A DNA stretch of 64,000 nt from Treponema sp. Its GTDB lineage: Bacteria; Spirochaetota; Spirochaetia; Treponematales; Breznakiellaceae. Position 1 is the first letter of the stretch, and every line of letters begins with the position of its first letter. The DNA lies in NCBI GenBank assembly GCA_031282065.1, contig JAITEL010000105.1:1772-65771 (forward strand). The letters are read 5' to 3'. Below, piece by piece: positions 18,709-27,949 of this stretch. The notes under the pieces are model-generated. The model saw only the letters and a program-made list of their open reading frames with translations. It was not told the DNA's origin and made no database searches. The translations under genes and the position numbers were made by a program.

Positions 18709-19140
18709 CTATGCCCTATAGGGCCGGAACACCTGGGTGATGGTTTTTCCCTCTTCCACCAGATACCGAAGATAGAAGCGCCGTTCTAAGGTAAAGCGCT
18801 GCCATAGCCCTTCCTTTTGTACCTCCGTGGCCATCCAAATACACCCTTCCCGATCAAGAAGTTCCCGGACTTGGGCAAACATATAGGTTCCTTGGGGAAG
18901 CTCAATGCTCTGGGGCGCTGGTAAGGTATCGGGGTGAAGAGCCAGGGTCCCGGCAAACAGGAGTTCCCCCAGGTACTGCGTTTCATCAGGTTCAATGCTC
19001 AGGTCCTGCTCGGGGGCGATGTCAAAACAGAAAAGGCTATCTTCTGCTAAGTTACTGTGGGCAAAGGGGCTTAGGGCTGCATCTTTGCGGTAGATAAGCG
19101 GGGCACGAAGGTCCAATTGTAATATGTTCAGTGGATTCAT
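18709..19140 (-). CDS. hypothetical protein
   Basis: ORF taken from the internal Met (MNPLNILQ). No motif recognised. Convergent with the previous gene. Confidence 0.4.
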   Translation of the reverse strand: MNPLNILQLDLRAPLIYRKDAALSPFAHSNLAEDSLFCFDIAPEQDLSIEPDETQYLGELLFAGTLALHPDTLPAPQSIELPQGTYMFAQVRELLDREGCIWMATEVQKEGLWQRFTLERRFYLRYLVEEGKTITQVFRPYRA

Positions 19141-19238
19141 GGTTTTGTAAGGATACTTAAAACCCTGCATTGAGAAAAGGTGAGTCCGTGATTGAAGCGG
19201 CCTGCATGAGCGTACCTTTATATATCCAGAGGTAGGTG

Positions 19239-20237
19239 ATGAAACCATACATGTATATGCTTTTGGCTCTCGGGGCTTTAGTCCTCGGAAGCGGCTGCGC
19301 CTGCTCCTCTGAAGCAGCCATTGAGCAGGTTCTGGGAATCAACGCAGAAGCGCCGGTCTTTCTGGGGTGCAAGGCGGTTTCCCCTCAGAACATATCCTTT
19401 CAGTTCTCTCTTCCGGTAAGGGTGGTGTCCCTGCACTTTGATCCGTCCCTGGAAGTTAGCTCCATCCAGGAGGGCACCCAGGTGGAAGTAACCGTGAACC
19501 ATGATCTCCCAGGAGGAGAAGCGGTAACCGTCAATATGCTGGTGGAAGATAGTCGGCGCAATACCCTGAACGTGCTCATTCCCTTCAGAATCAAGAACGA
19601 GCGGCTTCCCTCGCTTATCATTACCGAGCTTCGTACCGAGTATGCCAAACCCAAAGTGGAATTCCTGGAACTGAAAACCCTAAGCCCCGGGAATCTGGGG
19701 GCCTTGCGGCTGTTCATTGCCAGTAATGGGGATACGCCGGTGTTTGAATTCCCTCCGGTAGAGGTAGCTGCGGGAGAGTACCTGGTCATTCATTTGCGCA
19801 GTCTGGAAGAAGGGCTCATCAACGAGACCGGTACGGACAGGGCTGCTTCCCCCGGTACCGAAGCCTTCCCGGAATCCCGGGATTTTTGGGTGCCTGGTAC
19901 CCAAAAAAGGCTGAGAAAAACCGATGTGGTCTTTTTCATGGATCAAGATGATCAGATACCGGATGGGGTATTACTCAGGGAAAACGCGGATACCTCCTGG
20001 ACCAAGGAGGAATTGACGGAGGCTGCCAACCGGGTACACCGCCAAGGGGGCTGGCTCCCGTCCTCAGATCCTCAAGATGCAGTGCTCAGCAAGGGCAGCA
20101 CGGTTACGAGGAGTATTTCCCGGAATGAAGCTGTTCCTGACCGCAATCGGGCCGAAGATTGGTATATCACCGCCACCAGCGGGGCTACGCCGGGGAAGCG
20201 CAATGCCACTAAGGTCTATGTACCTGCTGCACAATGA
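19239..20237 (+). CDS. lipoprotein with lamin-tail-domain-like segment
   Basis: Lipobox LGSGCA. LIITELRTEYAKPKVEFLELKT resembles the LTD signature (I-NE...EFIEL). Confidence 0.5.
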   Translation: MKPYMYMLLALGALVLGSGCACSSEAAIEQVLGINAEAPVFLGCKAVSPQNISFQFSLPVRVVSLHFDPSLEVSSIQEGTQVEVTVNHDLPGGEAVTVNMLVEDSRRNTLNVLIPFRIKNERLPSLIITELRTEYAKPKVEFLELKTLSPGNLGALRLFIASNGDTPVFEFPPVEVAAGEYLVIHLRSLEEGLINETGTDRAASPGTEAFPESRDFWVPGTQKRLRKTDVVFFMDQDDQIPDGVLLRENADTSWTKEELTEAANRVHRQGGWLPSSDPQDAVLSKGSTVTRSISRNEAVPDRNRAEDWYITATSGATPGKRNATKVYVPAAQ

Positions 20238-20339
20238 ATACTCTATAGGGAGGCTTCTCAGCCCCCATATAGAGGTAGCTCTTCAATGAGGCAGGATAAA
20301 GGCATAGCAATTCCGCCACCCACCTGGGGAGGGTGAGGC

Positions 20340-20420
20340 TCTCCGTCGCGGCAGGACGTAACGCTCCGTCGCGACAAGACGTAACGCTCCGTCGCGGCAG
20401 GACGTAACGCTCCGTCGCAC
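20340..20420. repeat. 23-bp tandem repeat, about 3.5 copies
   Basis: tctccgtcgcggcaggacgtaac / gctccgtcgcgacaagacgtaac / gctccgtcgcggcaggacgtaac / gctccgtcgcac. Confidence 0.9.
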
Positions 20421-20605
20421 TCACGGTATAGAGTAATACCCAGGCTATTGGGGAGTTCCTGCTTCCCACTCCAGGTTGATGGTCTATGCGTGTATCCTGT
20501 CAGAGAGGTACTTGATATTCCTGATCCCTCTATGCTAATCTTACAAACCATGTTTTTTCAGAATCTCAAGGATTTTGAAAGGATCTTTTGGACTAAAAGG
20601 AAGCC

Positions 20606-21046
20606 ATGCGTATGAAGTCATTTGTATTTTCACAGCTCTTAGGAGCACCTGATGCCGCTGCCGCGGGGGCTGGAACGGGGTCGTTTATTTCTACCCTCGT
20701 TCCCTTTGCCATGATTATTGCCATTTTTTATTTTCTTATTATTCGTCCCCAGAACAAAAAGCAAAAAGAAACCCAGCGGATGCTGAGCGCCCTTAAGAAA
20801 GGAGATAAGATCACCACCATTGGGGGTATTCATGGGGTGATCCAAAGCGTCAAGGAACATTCAGTCATCGTGAGAGTGGACGATGATACCAAGATTGAAT
20901 TCAGCCGCAGCGCTATTGCTGGAGTCGAAGCCCAGGCAAAAGAAGAGAAGAGCGAAAAACTGGAAGAAAAGAAAGAAGAAGGGGCAGAAAAGAACGACGA
21001 AACCCAGGAAGCACCGAAACCTAAGTTCAGCCTTTTCCGTAAATGA
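20606..21046 (+). CDS. yajC: preprotein translocase subunit YajC with Lys/Glu-rich C-terminal tail
   Basis: IIAIFYFLIIRPQNKKQKETQRMLSALKKGDKITTIGGIHGVI is the YajC signature. It lies upstream of secDF. Confidence 0.85.
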   Translation: MRMKSFVFSQLLGAPDAAAAGAGTGSFISTLVPFAMIIAIFYFLIIRPQNKKQKETQRMLSALKKGDKITTIGGIHGVIQSVKEHSVIVRVDDDTKIEFSRSAIAGVEAQAKEEKSEKLEEKKEEGAEKNDETQEAPKPKFSLFRK

Positions 21047-21102
21047 ACAGGGCCCAGGTGCAATCCCGGTGCGGTGCAAAAGAAAAATAGTGGAGCGAAG
21101 CT

Positions 21103-22824
21103 ATGAGTAAAAGGTATCGGTTTGTCATCATTTTGGTAACGGTGGTGATATGTTTTGTTTTCTTGTATCCTACCATACGCTGGTACTACATGGTGCCAAA
21201 GGAAGATAAGGCCCAGGCATTGAGTTCCCGGGAGCAGATTAAGATATATGCTTCCCAGACCGCGCAGGCGGATTTGCAGCAGCTTATCCAGACCGCTCAG
21301 GCCGGCGGAGATGTACCGGCAAGTTTGGCTCCGGTGGTTTCTGCGGCCAAGCGGATCCAGCGGGATGCAAAACTCCCGGCGCCGCCTCAATGGGACGCCG
21401 GGGCAGTGCTTTCGACCTTTTCCAGCAGGCGTGAAGCCCTGGAGGTGATTGAAAGTAATTACCGGGAGAAAATATTTAAGCTCAAGGACCTGCAGAAAAA
21501 TGCGGTTCAGTTGGGCTTGGATCTTTCAGGAGGGCTGAGCATCGTATTACAGGCGGATATGGACGCCCTTAAAGAGCGGCTGGGCCGGAACTTAACCGAT
21601 GAGGACCGGGAAGATGCGATAAACCGGGCCTTGGAAGTGCTCAACAGCAGGATAGACCGTTTCGGTCTCACTGAGCCGGTGATCCGCCGCCAAGGAGCGG
21701 ACCGGATCTACGTGGAAATCCCCGGTACTGCGGATCCTGAGCGGATCAATTCCATCATCATGGGTAAAGGAGGGCTTGCCTTCCATTTGGTAGATACCGA
21801 AGCAGCAGCGACCTTTAACACCTACTATACGGCCCATCCTACCACGACCTTTGATAGTCTGGGGAACCTCCTGGATCCTACTATTGTACCCTCTGATGTG
21901 CATATCCTGGGGGTTTACACCAAAGACCGTTACGGCTTGGATGAATTTACCGGCTATACTGCGGTAAAAAAAGAAGTGGGCCTTGACGGAAACCATATCA
22001 AGAGCGCCTTGGTGGAGCGCAATAACCTGGACGGTAAGCCTGAGGTTACCTTCATGCTGGATGCCGAGGGAGGGGAACTCTTCTATAAGCTCACTTCTGC
22101 CAATGTGGGAAAGCCTTTGGCCATTGTGCTTGATGACCGGGTGAAATCCCAGGCCACTATCCAAACTGCCATTAGGGATGCGGTACGGCTTACTGGATTT
22201 AGCGCGGATGAAGCGAACAATATCGCCCTCACCCTGAGAACCGCGGCCCTGCCGGTAGAACTGGAAGTGGTGAATCAACAAAGTATCGGCGCTTCTTTGG
22301 GAGAAGATACCATACGCCAGGGTCTGTATGCCCTCATTGGGGGCCTTGTGGTGGTTATGATCTTCATGCTTGCCTACTATAAAGGGGCGGGTATTAATGC
22401 GGTGGTTGCTCAAGTCTTGAATCTCTATTTTATGTTTAGTGTGCTTTCCGCGTTTAACTTTACCTTAACGCTCCCGAGTATTGCGGGCTTTATCTTGACC
22501 ATCGGTATGGCAGTGGATGCAAATGTAATTGTGTTCGAGCGGATGCGGGAGGAACTGCTTTTAGGAAAGAGCCGTAAGGCGGCCATTGACGCGGGCTTTG
22601 ACAAGGCTTTCTGGGCCATCATGGACTCCAACATCACCACCTTTATCGCTGCCCTGTTCCTTTCCCAGCTGGGCTCAGGGCCTATCCAGGGTTTTGCCGT
22701 AAGCCTGGCCATAGGGGTGTTTTCCTCGGTATTTACCGCACTCTTTGTTTCCCGGTTCATCTTTGATTTTGGTACCGAGGTCTTGGGAAACAAGCGGCTT
22801 TCCTTCAGTTGGAGGACAAAATAA
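21103..22824 (+). CDS. secD: protein translocase subunit SecD
   Basis: 573 aa. Large periplasmic loop plus a C-terminal 6-TM block (GIGMAVDANVIVFERMREE). Confidence 0.95.
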   Translation: MSKRYRFVIILVTVVICFVFLYPTIRWYYMVPKEDKAQALSSREQIKIYASQTAQADLQQLIQTAQAGGDVPASLAPVVSAAKRIQRDAKLPAPPQWDAGAVLSTFSSRREALEVIESNYREKIFKLKDLQKNAVQLGLDLSGGLSIVLQADMDALKERLGRNLTDEDREDAINRALEVLNSRIDRFGLTEPVIRRQGADRIYVEIPGTADPERINSIIMGKGGLAFHLVDTEAAATFNTYYTAHPTTTFDSLGNLLDPTIVPSDVHILGVYTKDRYGLDEFTGYTAVKKEVGLDGNHIKSALVERNNLDGKPEVTFMLDAEGGELFYKLTSANVGKPLAIVLDDRVKSQATIQTAIRDAVRLTGFSADEANNIALTLRTAALPVELEVVNQQSIGASLGEDTIRQGLYALIGGLVVVMIFMLAYYKGAGINAVVAQVLNLYFMFSVLSAFNFTLTLPSIAGFILTIGMAVDANVIVFERMREELLLGKSRKAAIDAGFDKAFWAIMDSNITTFIAALFLSQLGSGPIQGFAVSLAIGVFSSVFTALFVSRFIFDFGTEVLGNKRLSFSWRTK

Positions 22825-24053
22825 TGAAACGGATCATACCATTTTCTAAGTATTTCGTACCTGCCATGATATTCTCCGGGGTCTTGATTGCCACAGGCTT
22901 GGTCGGTTATGTGATAAAAGGGGGATTCAATCTCGGGGTTGATTTCCAGGCAGGACTGCTTCAGGAGATACAGTTTGCCCCTACAGCTTTCCGCGTAAGC
23001 TATAACGGGCGGGGTAATGCAAGCATTTCTTTTAACCGGAATAATCTGTATATTGTTATTTCCGGCTCAGGCATTGAAGGGGTAACCCATGAATTCTCCT
23101 TCAGTACCTTTGGAACCCTGGATACCCTTATAACAGGGCTTTCCCAAATAGAAGGCATACAGGCCAGTTCAGTGGCGCCGGGCGCTACCCCCACTCGACT
23201 GCTGGTTCAAAGTGCCCAAGGCAATCCTCAACTGGGGGCTGAGCCCTTTGTAGTACACTATCTTCCCTTGGATGCAGAACCTATTGCCATTGAGGATGTT
23301 CGGGAAACCCTCTCACCCTTAGGCACGGTTTCCGTACAAGTTCTGGGAACAAGTGCTGAGCGCCGCTTCATGATCCGCCTAGAAGATAAGGAAATCCAGG
23401 GCAGTGAAGGGGTCTCTGCGGAAAGCATCATCAGTACCTTGGAAGCCCGGTTCGGCGCCGGAGGAGTAGCGGTAACCCGAGCTGACTATGTAGGCTCCCG
23501 GTTTTCCAAACAGTTAACCGATCAGGCGGGTTTGCTTATGGCCTTGACCCTCTTTTTAATCATGATCTACGCTTCGGTACGCTTTAAGCTGCAACTTGCC
23601 ATTGGCGCAGTACTGGCTATAGCCCATGATGCCCTCATTATCGTGGCTTTTGTTACCTGGACACGGATGGAATTCAACACCACCACCATTGCGGCGATTT
23701 TGACCATTCTGGGCTATTCTATAAACGATACGATCGTTATTTTTGACCGGATCCGGGAAACCCTACGCATCTATCCAGAGGCTCCTTTCGAGGAGGTGCT
23801 GAACCGGGCCCTTACCGAGACCTTGAGCCGGACCGTCATCACCACTTTAACCACTATGCTGGCGGTACTGTCCCTCTTTATCTTTACGACTGGCTCTATG
23901 AAGGATTTTGCCCTGGCCCTTTTGGTGGGGATGATTTCAGGGGTTTATTCTACCATCTTTATTGCTTCAGGGTTTGTCAACTTGTGGAGTATTCAGGCAA
24001 AAAAACGGACTAAGAAAAAGCTTGTAGGGGTGCCTGTAGCGTCTAAGGCATAA
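22824..24053 (+). CDS. secF: protein translocase subunit SecF
   Basis: ATG 22824 overlaps the secD stop (TAATG) and follows GGAGG. C-terminal block GYSINDTIVIFDRIRE. Confidence 0.95.
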   Translation: MKRIIPFSKYFVPAMIFSGVLIATGLVGYVIKGGFNLGVDFQAGLLQEIQFAPTAFRVSYNGRGNASISFNRNNLYIVISGSGIEGVTHEFSFSTFGTLDTLITGLSQIEGIQASSVAPGATPTRLLVQSAQGNPQLGAEPFVVHYLPLDAEPIAIEDVRETLSPLGTVSVQVLGTSAERRFMIRLEDKEIQGSEGVSAESIISTLEARFGAGGVAVTRADYVGSRFSKQLTDQAGLLMALTLFLIMIYASVRFKLQLAIGAVLAIAHDALIIVAFVTWTRMEFNTTTIAAILTILGYSINDTIVIFDRIRETLRIYPEAPFEEVLNRALTETLSRTVITTLTTMLAVLSLFIFTTGSMKDFALALLVGMISGVYSTIFIASGFVNLWSIQAKKRTKKKLVGVPVASKA

Positions 24054-24069
24054 GCCTGCTAAAACACCG

Positions 24070-24945
24070 ATGAGCGTGATTAAGGCGGAAGTCCTGGGTT
24101 ATTGTATGGGGGTACGCCGGGCGGTAACTATGGCCCAGGAAGCGCTCAAGGCTGCCAGGGGTATGCACCGGGTATATACCTTGGGACCCCTGATCCATAA
24201 TCCCCAGGTTTTGGAACAGTTCCGTGGCCAAGGACTGGAAGTGCTGGACGAAACTAAGCTGCCTGAGGACCTTGAGTCCGTAGTAGTGGTCATAAGGGCC
24301 CACGGGATCAGCCCTCAACTGGAAACTGCCTTGGCCTACAAAGGGGCTCATCTTGTGGATGCTACCTGCCCTATAGTCAAGAAAAGCCAGATGAAAGCCC
24401 GTTTCCTTACTGATGCAGGATACTGTATATTTCTTGCCGGAGAACGGCACCACGGAGAGCTGATAGGCATCCAAGGCTATGCCCCGGCTTGCCTTGTGGT
24501 TGCAGATCCAGGAGAAGCCACGAAACAAGCAGAAACCCTCTACCACCGTGCTCCGACTACCAAGACAGCTCTCTTGGGACAGACGACCATTGCCCCTGAT
24601 GAATATCAGGGTATTGCCAAGGCAATTCAAGCCTATTTTCCCCATCTGGAAATAATCGACACCATCTGTAAGGCCACCAGGGACCGGCAGCAGGCATTGA
24701 GTCAACTCTGTCCCCAGGTGGACGCCCTGCTGGTGATAGGCGGCAAGGAATCGGCCAATACCCGGCGCCTACTCGCCATTGCCCAGGCCCAGGGAAAACA
24801 AGCCTGGCTGGTAGAGGGGCTTGCCGATATTCCTCCAGAGATATGTATGTATCCGGTAGTGGGACTGGCTGCTGGAGCATCAACCCCGGATAAACTTATC
24901 GACCTTATCGAGAAGGCCCTTAGTAAGGGGCTTAATCCTCATTAG
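24070..24945 (+). CDS. ispH: 4-hydroxy-3-methylbut-2-enyl diphosphate reductase
   Basis: GYCMGVRRAV, GPLIHNPQV, RAHGISP and DATCPIVKK blocks typical of IspH/LytB. Confidence 0.95.
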   Translation: MSVIKAEVLGYCMGVRRAVTMAQEALKAARGMHRVYTLGPLIHNPQVLEQFRGQGLEVLDETKLPEDLESVVVVIRAHGISPQLETALAYKGAHLVDATCPIVKKSQMKARFLTDAGYCIFLAGERHHGELIGIQGYAPACLVVADPGEATKQAETLYHRAPTTKTALLGQTTIAPDEYQGIAKAIQAYFPHLEIIDTICKATRDRQQALSQLCPQVDALLVIGGKESANTRRLLAIAQAQGKQAWLVEGLADIPPEICMYPVVGLAAGASTPDKLIDLIEKALSKGLNPH

Positions 24946-25186
24946 CACCTCTGGGGTAGGGTCATTCCTGCGGAACGAGCCGGATCTTTACAAGCTTTTG
25001 CCATGGGTATACGTGTATATGGCAGGATAAACATATAGAAATCAACCTGGTTTGGAGAGCAAGAGGTCTTGAATAGCCTGAATGTTAAGGAGCTTAAAAA
25101 TACTCTCCATAGGTTCCTCAAACCCCAATGAAAGTATGTACCCTATCTCTTTCCAACTCCCTACACCTGGCTTCGTCATCCTTTTA

Positions 25187-25216
25187 TTGACAGTAATTCT
25201 CAAGGATGGATATACT
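25187..25216 (+). promoter_or_regulatory. sigma70-like promoter TTGACA-18 nt-TATACT ending 6 nt before ATG 25223
   Basis: TTGACA at 25187-25192 and TATACT at 25211-25216, read directly. The geometry would give a leaderless or near-leaderless mRNA. Confidence 0.35.
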
Positions 25217-25222
25217 CAAGAC

Positions 25223-26110
25223 ATGGAAACTTTGAGTTCTGCCTTTCGGGATGCGATTAAAGAAGTAGTTGCCTTATCCAGAACCTCAACCCTGGTAACC
25301 GAGCAGAATGTGTATCAGACCGGACAAGCGGAGATTCGGCCCTTGATAGATGGGATCATTAAAGATTTACTCCTTCCTGGCTCTGGTATCAGTGGTATAG
25401 AACATCTAGGGGATCTTCTCAATCAGGCATACGCGGGGAAGTCCTGCCTCCTGCTTCTAGAACATTACAGCAACCTGGATCTGCCTGTTTTTTCGTACCT
25501 TTTAAGAAGCGCAGGCACCCAGGGAAGCGCCATAGCGGATGCCCTGGTGGCCATTGCGGGGATGAAGCTCAATGAGGCGAGTCCCACGGTAGCGGCCTTT
25601 ACCGGCGCCTATACCCGGATCATCATCTACCCCAGCCGTTCCCTCCAGGGGCTGGATAGCGAGCATAACCGGCAGGAATTCATCCGCAGTAACGCCATTA
25701 ACCGGGCAGCTATGAAAACCCTCCTGGAGATTAAAACCCAGGGGAAACTCATTTTGGTATTTCCTTCAGGAACCCGTTACAGGCCCTGGGATTCAAGTAC
25801 CAAAAAAGGAGTCCGTGAAATTGACTCCTATATCAAATCCTTTGATTATATGTGTTTTGTGGCGATTAACGGTGAACTGCTCCATGTCCGTCAGGGGGAT
25901 ATGATGGATGATTATGTGAGCCAGGATGTGGTGCGCTTTACCGCAGGGCCGGTACTCTCCTGTGCTGCCTTCCGGGATGCAGCCAGGGCTAAGGCCGAGG
26001 TGGCAGGGATAGCCGATAAAAAGCAGGCCGCAGTGGATGCCATCATGGAAGGGCTCCAAGCGATACATAACCAGACGGAAGAAGAGCGAAAGCGCCTGCT
26101 CCCCTCTTAG
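25223..26110 (+). CDS. glycerolipid acyltransferase family protein (GPAT/PlsB-like motifs)
   Basis: H(X)4D motif EHYSNLD and FPSGTRYR block. The start is ambiguous; upstream in-frame ATGs exist at 25082 and 25136. Confidence 0.6.
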   Translation: METLSSAFRDAIKEVVALSRTSTLVTEQNVYQTGQAEIRPLIDGIIKDLLLPGSGISGIEHLGDLLNQAYAGKSCLLLLEHYSNLDLPVFSYLLRSAGTQGSAIADALVAIAGMKLNEASPTVAAFTGAYTRIIIYPSRSLQGLDSEHNRQEFIRSNAINRAAMKTLLEIKTQGKLILVFPSGTRYRPWDSSTKKGVREIDSYIKSFDYMCFVAINGELLHVRQGDMMDDYVSQDVVRFTAGPVLSCAAFRDAARAKAEVAGIADKKQAAVDAIMEGLQAIHNQTEEERKRLLPS

Positions 26111-26160
26111 TGATGAGATGTTATGGCCACGAGGCCTCAACCTCTCATTCCGTTTCACCC

Positions 26161-26838
26161 TTATATGACAGACCCATCTATGGTCCGGGTCCCGGTGCTT
26201 CTTTGATTTTTCCCCAGGGCCACGAGCAAGGTAAAAATACTGCCGTGTAAAACCGATAACTGCTCGAAATTAAATATTTTTAATGCATGGTTATCATAGA
26301 GAATTTGCAATTTTGAAGGATATTCCTCATCCCCTTCATAAAACACCCATTTTATGGGCAGCTTCGGCAATAGTCTGTAATTCCATATATATTTTCCGCT
26401 CCTGCTTCCTTCTTCATAGTCCATTCCATAGGTATCCATGATTGCCTTAAAGGGCTCATACCGGTTGCCAAAGGTCTCTGAAAAGGTATTGTTCAGCATC
26501 GAAAGCCAGCTGCTGCTTTCTCTGAATACGCCGCCGGAAAAATGCCATAGAACGGAATATTCATATGCCGGTTCAATATTCGCATCGGACAATACATAAT
26601 ATCCCAAAACACTTTTCAAATTATATTCATACTCTTCAGAATCCACAGGCCATGCTGTTTTTTGTTCGATAAGTTCTATAGCATCTTTCGTGATTTGGTA
26701 GGTTCGATCAAAAAAATCAAGTAACACCGTATGCTCTGCCACTTGTTTTAATCCAAGCCTTTTCGCGCTGTCAGAGAAATCGCACTGTTTCAATAAACCC
26801 TTCACCCATTGGTAGGTTTTTTCATAGCCTTTTTCCAT
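26161..26838 (-). CDS. hypothetical protein (possibly DUF3786-like), in a lower-GC segment
   Basis: AAGGAGG RBS upstream of ATG 26838. The N-terminal pattern KQCDFSDSAKRLGLKQV is reminiscent of DUF3786, from memory only. The segment is visibly AT-richer than its flanks. Confidence 0.45.
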   Translation of the reverse strand: MEKGYEKTYQWVKGLLKQCDFSDSAKRLGLKQVAEHTVLLDFFDRTYQITKDAIELIEQKTAWPVDSEEYEYNLKSVLGYYVLSDANIEPAYEYSVLWHFSGGVFRESSSWLSMLNNTFSETFGNRYEPFKAIMDTYGMDYEEGSRSGKYIWNYRLLPKLPIKWVFYEGDEEYPSKLQILYDNHALKIFNFEQLSVLHGSIFTLLVALGKNQRSTGTRTIDGSVI

Positions 26839-26980
26839 TGTATGCCTCCTTAAGTTGGTTCTCAATACTAGTGTTAGGTATGCAGCTTAGTCAAGGAAGG
26901 TTGTACCGGATGCGAATACGGGATTTGCGGATATCCTCAATATTGCACAAACCTTCAGAAATAGGGTATACCTAAACCTT

Positions 26981-27865
26981 ATGAAAGAGAGGGTTAAGCA
27001 GTATACTGAGCAGGCAGAGTTCCTGGTCCACGCCTTGCCGTATATTCAGCGTTACCAGGGTAAGACCATGGTGATTAAGTACGGCGGTAATGCCATGATC
27101 CACAGGGACCTCACCGCCGCGGTGATGCAGGATGTGCTGTTCATGGCCTTTGCAGGCATGAGGACCGTGCTGGTTCATGGAGGAGGCCCGGAGATTGAAG
27201 CCATGCTCAAGGCTCTGGGCAAAGAGAGCCGTTTTGTGCAGGGGCTTCGGTATACCGATGCGGCGACTATGGAAATCGTCCAGATGGTCCTCTGCGGCAA
27301 GGTGAATAAGGACATAAGCTCCCTGATTCAGCAGCAAGGCGGGCGGGCTGTGGGTATATGCGGTATTGACGGGGGGCTGCTCCAGGCCCATCTTCTGAGG
27401 GCTGAGGAGGACCTGGGTCTTGTGGGGGAAATTGAACGGGTGGATTCTTCTATCCTCACGGTCATCCTCGATTCCGGGGCCATTCCTGTGGTGGCCTCGG
27501 TTGCCCGCGGGGTAGGCGATGCCGAAGGGCTTTCCCTTAACATCAATGCGGATATGGCCGCAGCCCGTATCGCCTCGGCCCTCAAGGCGGAGAAACTCCT
27601 CCTTATGACCGATGTGCCGGGCCTGCTTCGGGATGTCTCGGATCCCGCCTCCCTCATCCCCGCCATCACCTGTACCGAGCTTTCGGCGCTGAAGAAGGCC
27701 GGGATTATAAGCCGGGGCATGATACCTAAGACGGATTGCTGCACCGTGGCCCTGGAAAAAGGAGCGGTCAAGCAGGCCCATATCATTGACGGCCGGCTTC
27801 CCCATGCCTTGCTCACCGCGCTTTTTACCGATGAGGGGATCGGTACCATGATTGAAGCGGGCTGA
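26981..27865 (+). CDS. argB: acetylglutamate kinase
   Basis: LPYIQRYQGKTMVIKYGGNAM and VLVHGGGPEI signatures. Confidence 0.95.
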   Translation: MKERVKQYTEQAEFLVHALPYIQRYQGKTMVIKYGGNAMIHRDLTAAVMQDVLFMAFAGMRTVLVHGGGPEIEAMLKALGKESRFVQGLRYTDAATMEIVQMVLCGKVNKDISSLIQQQGGRAVGICGIDGGLLQAHLLRAEEDLGLVGEIERVDSSILTVILDSGAIPVVASVARGVGDAEGLSLNINADMAAARIASALKAEKLLLMTDVPGLLRDVSDPASLIPAITCTELSALKKAGIISRGMIPKTDCCTVALEKGAVKQAHIIDGRLPHALLTALFTDEGIGTMIEAG

Positions 27866-27949
27866 GATAGGAAGCTCCCAAGGCCGCCCCGGAGGAGGCC
27901 TCTGCTCCTTAGCAGGCCGGACGTGCAGTAAGAGAGAAAGAGGAGAACT

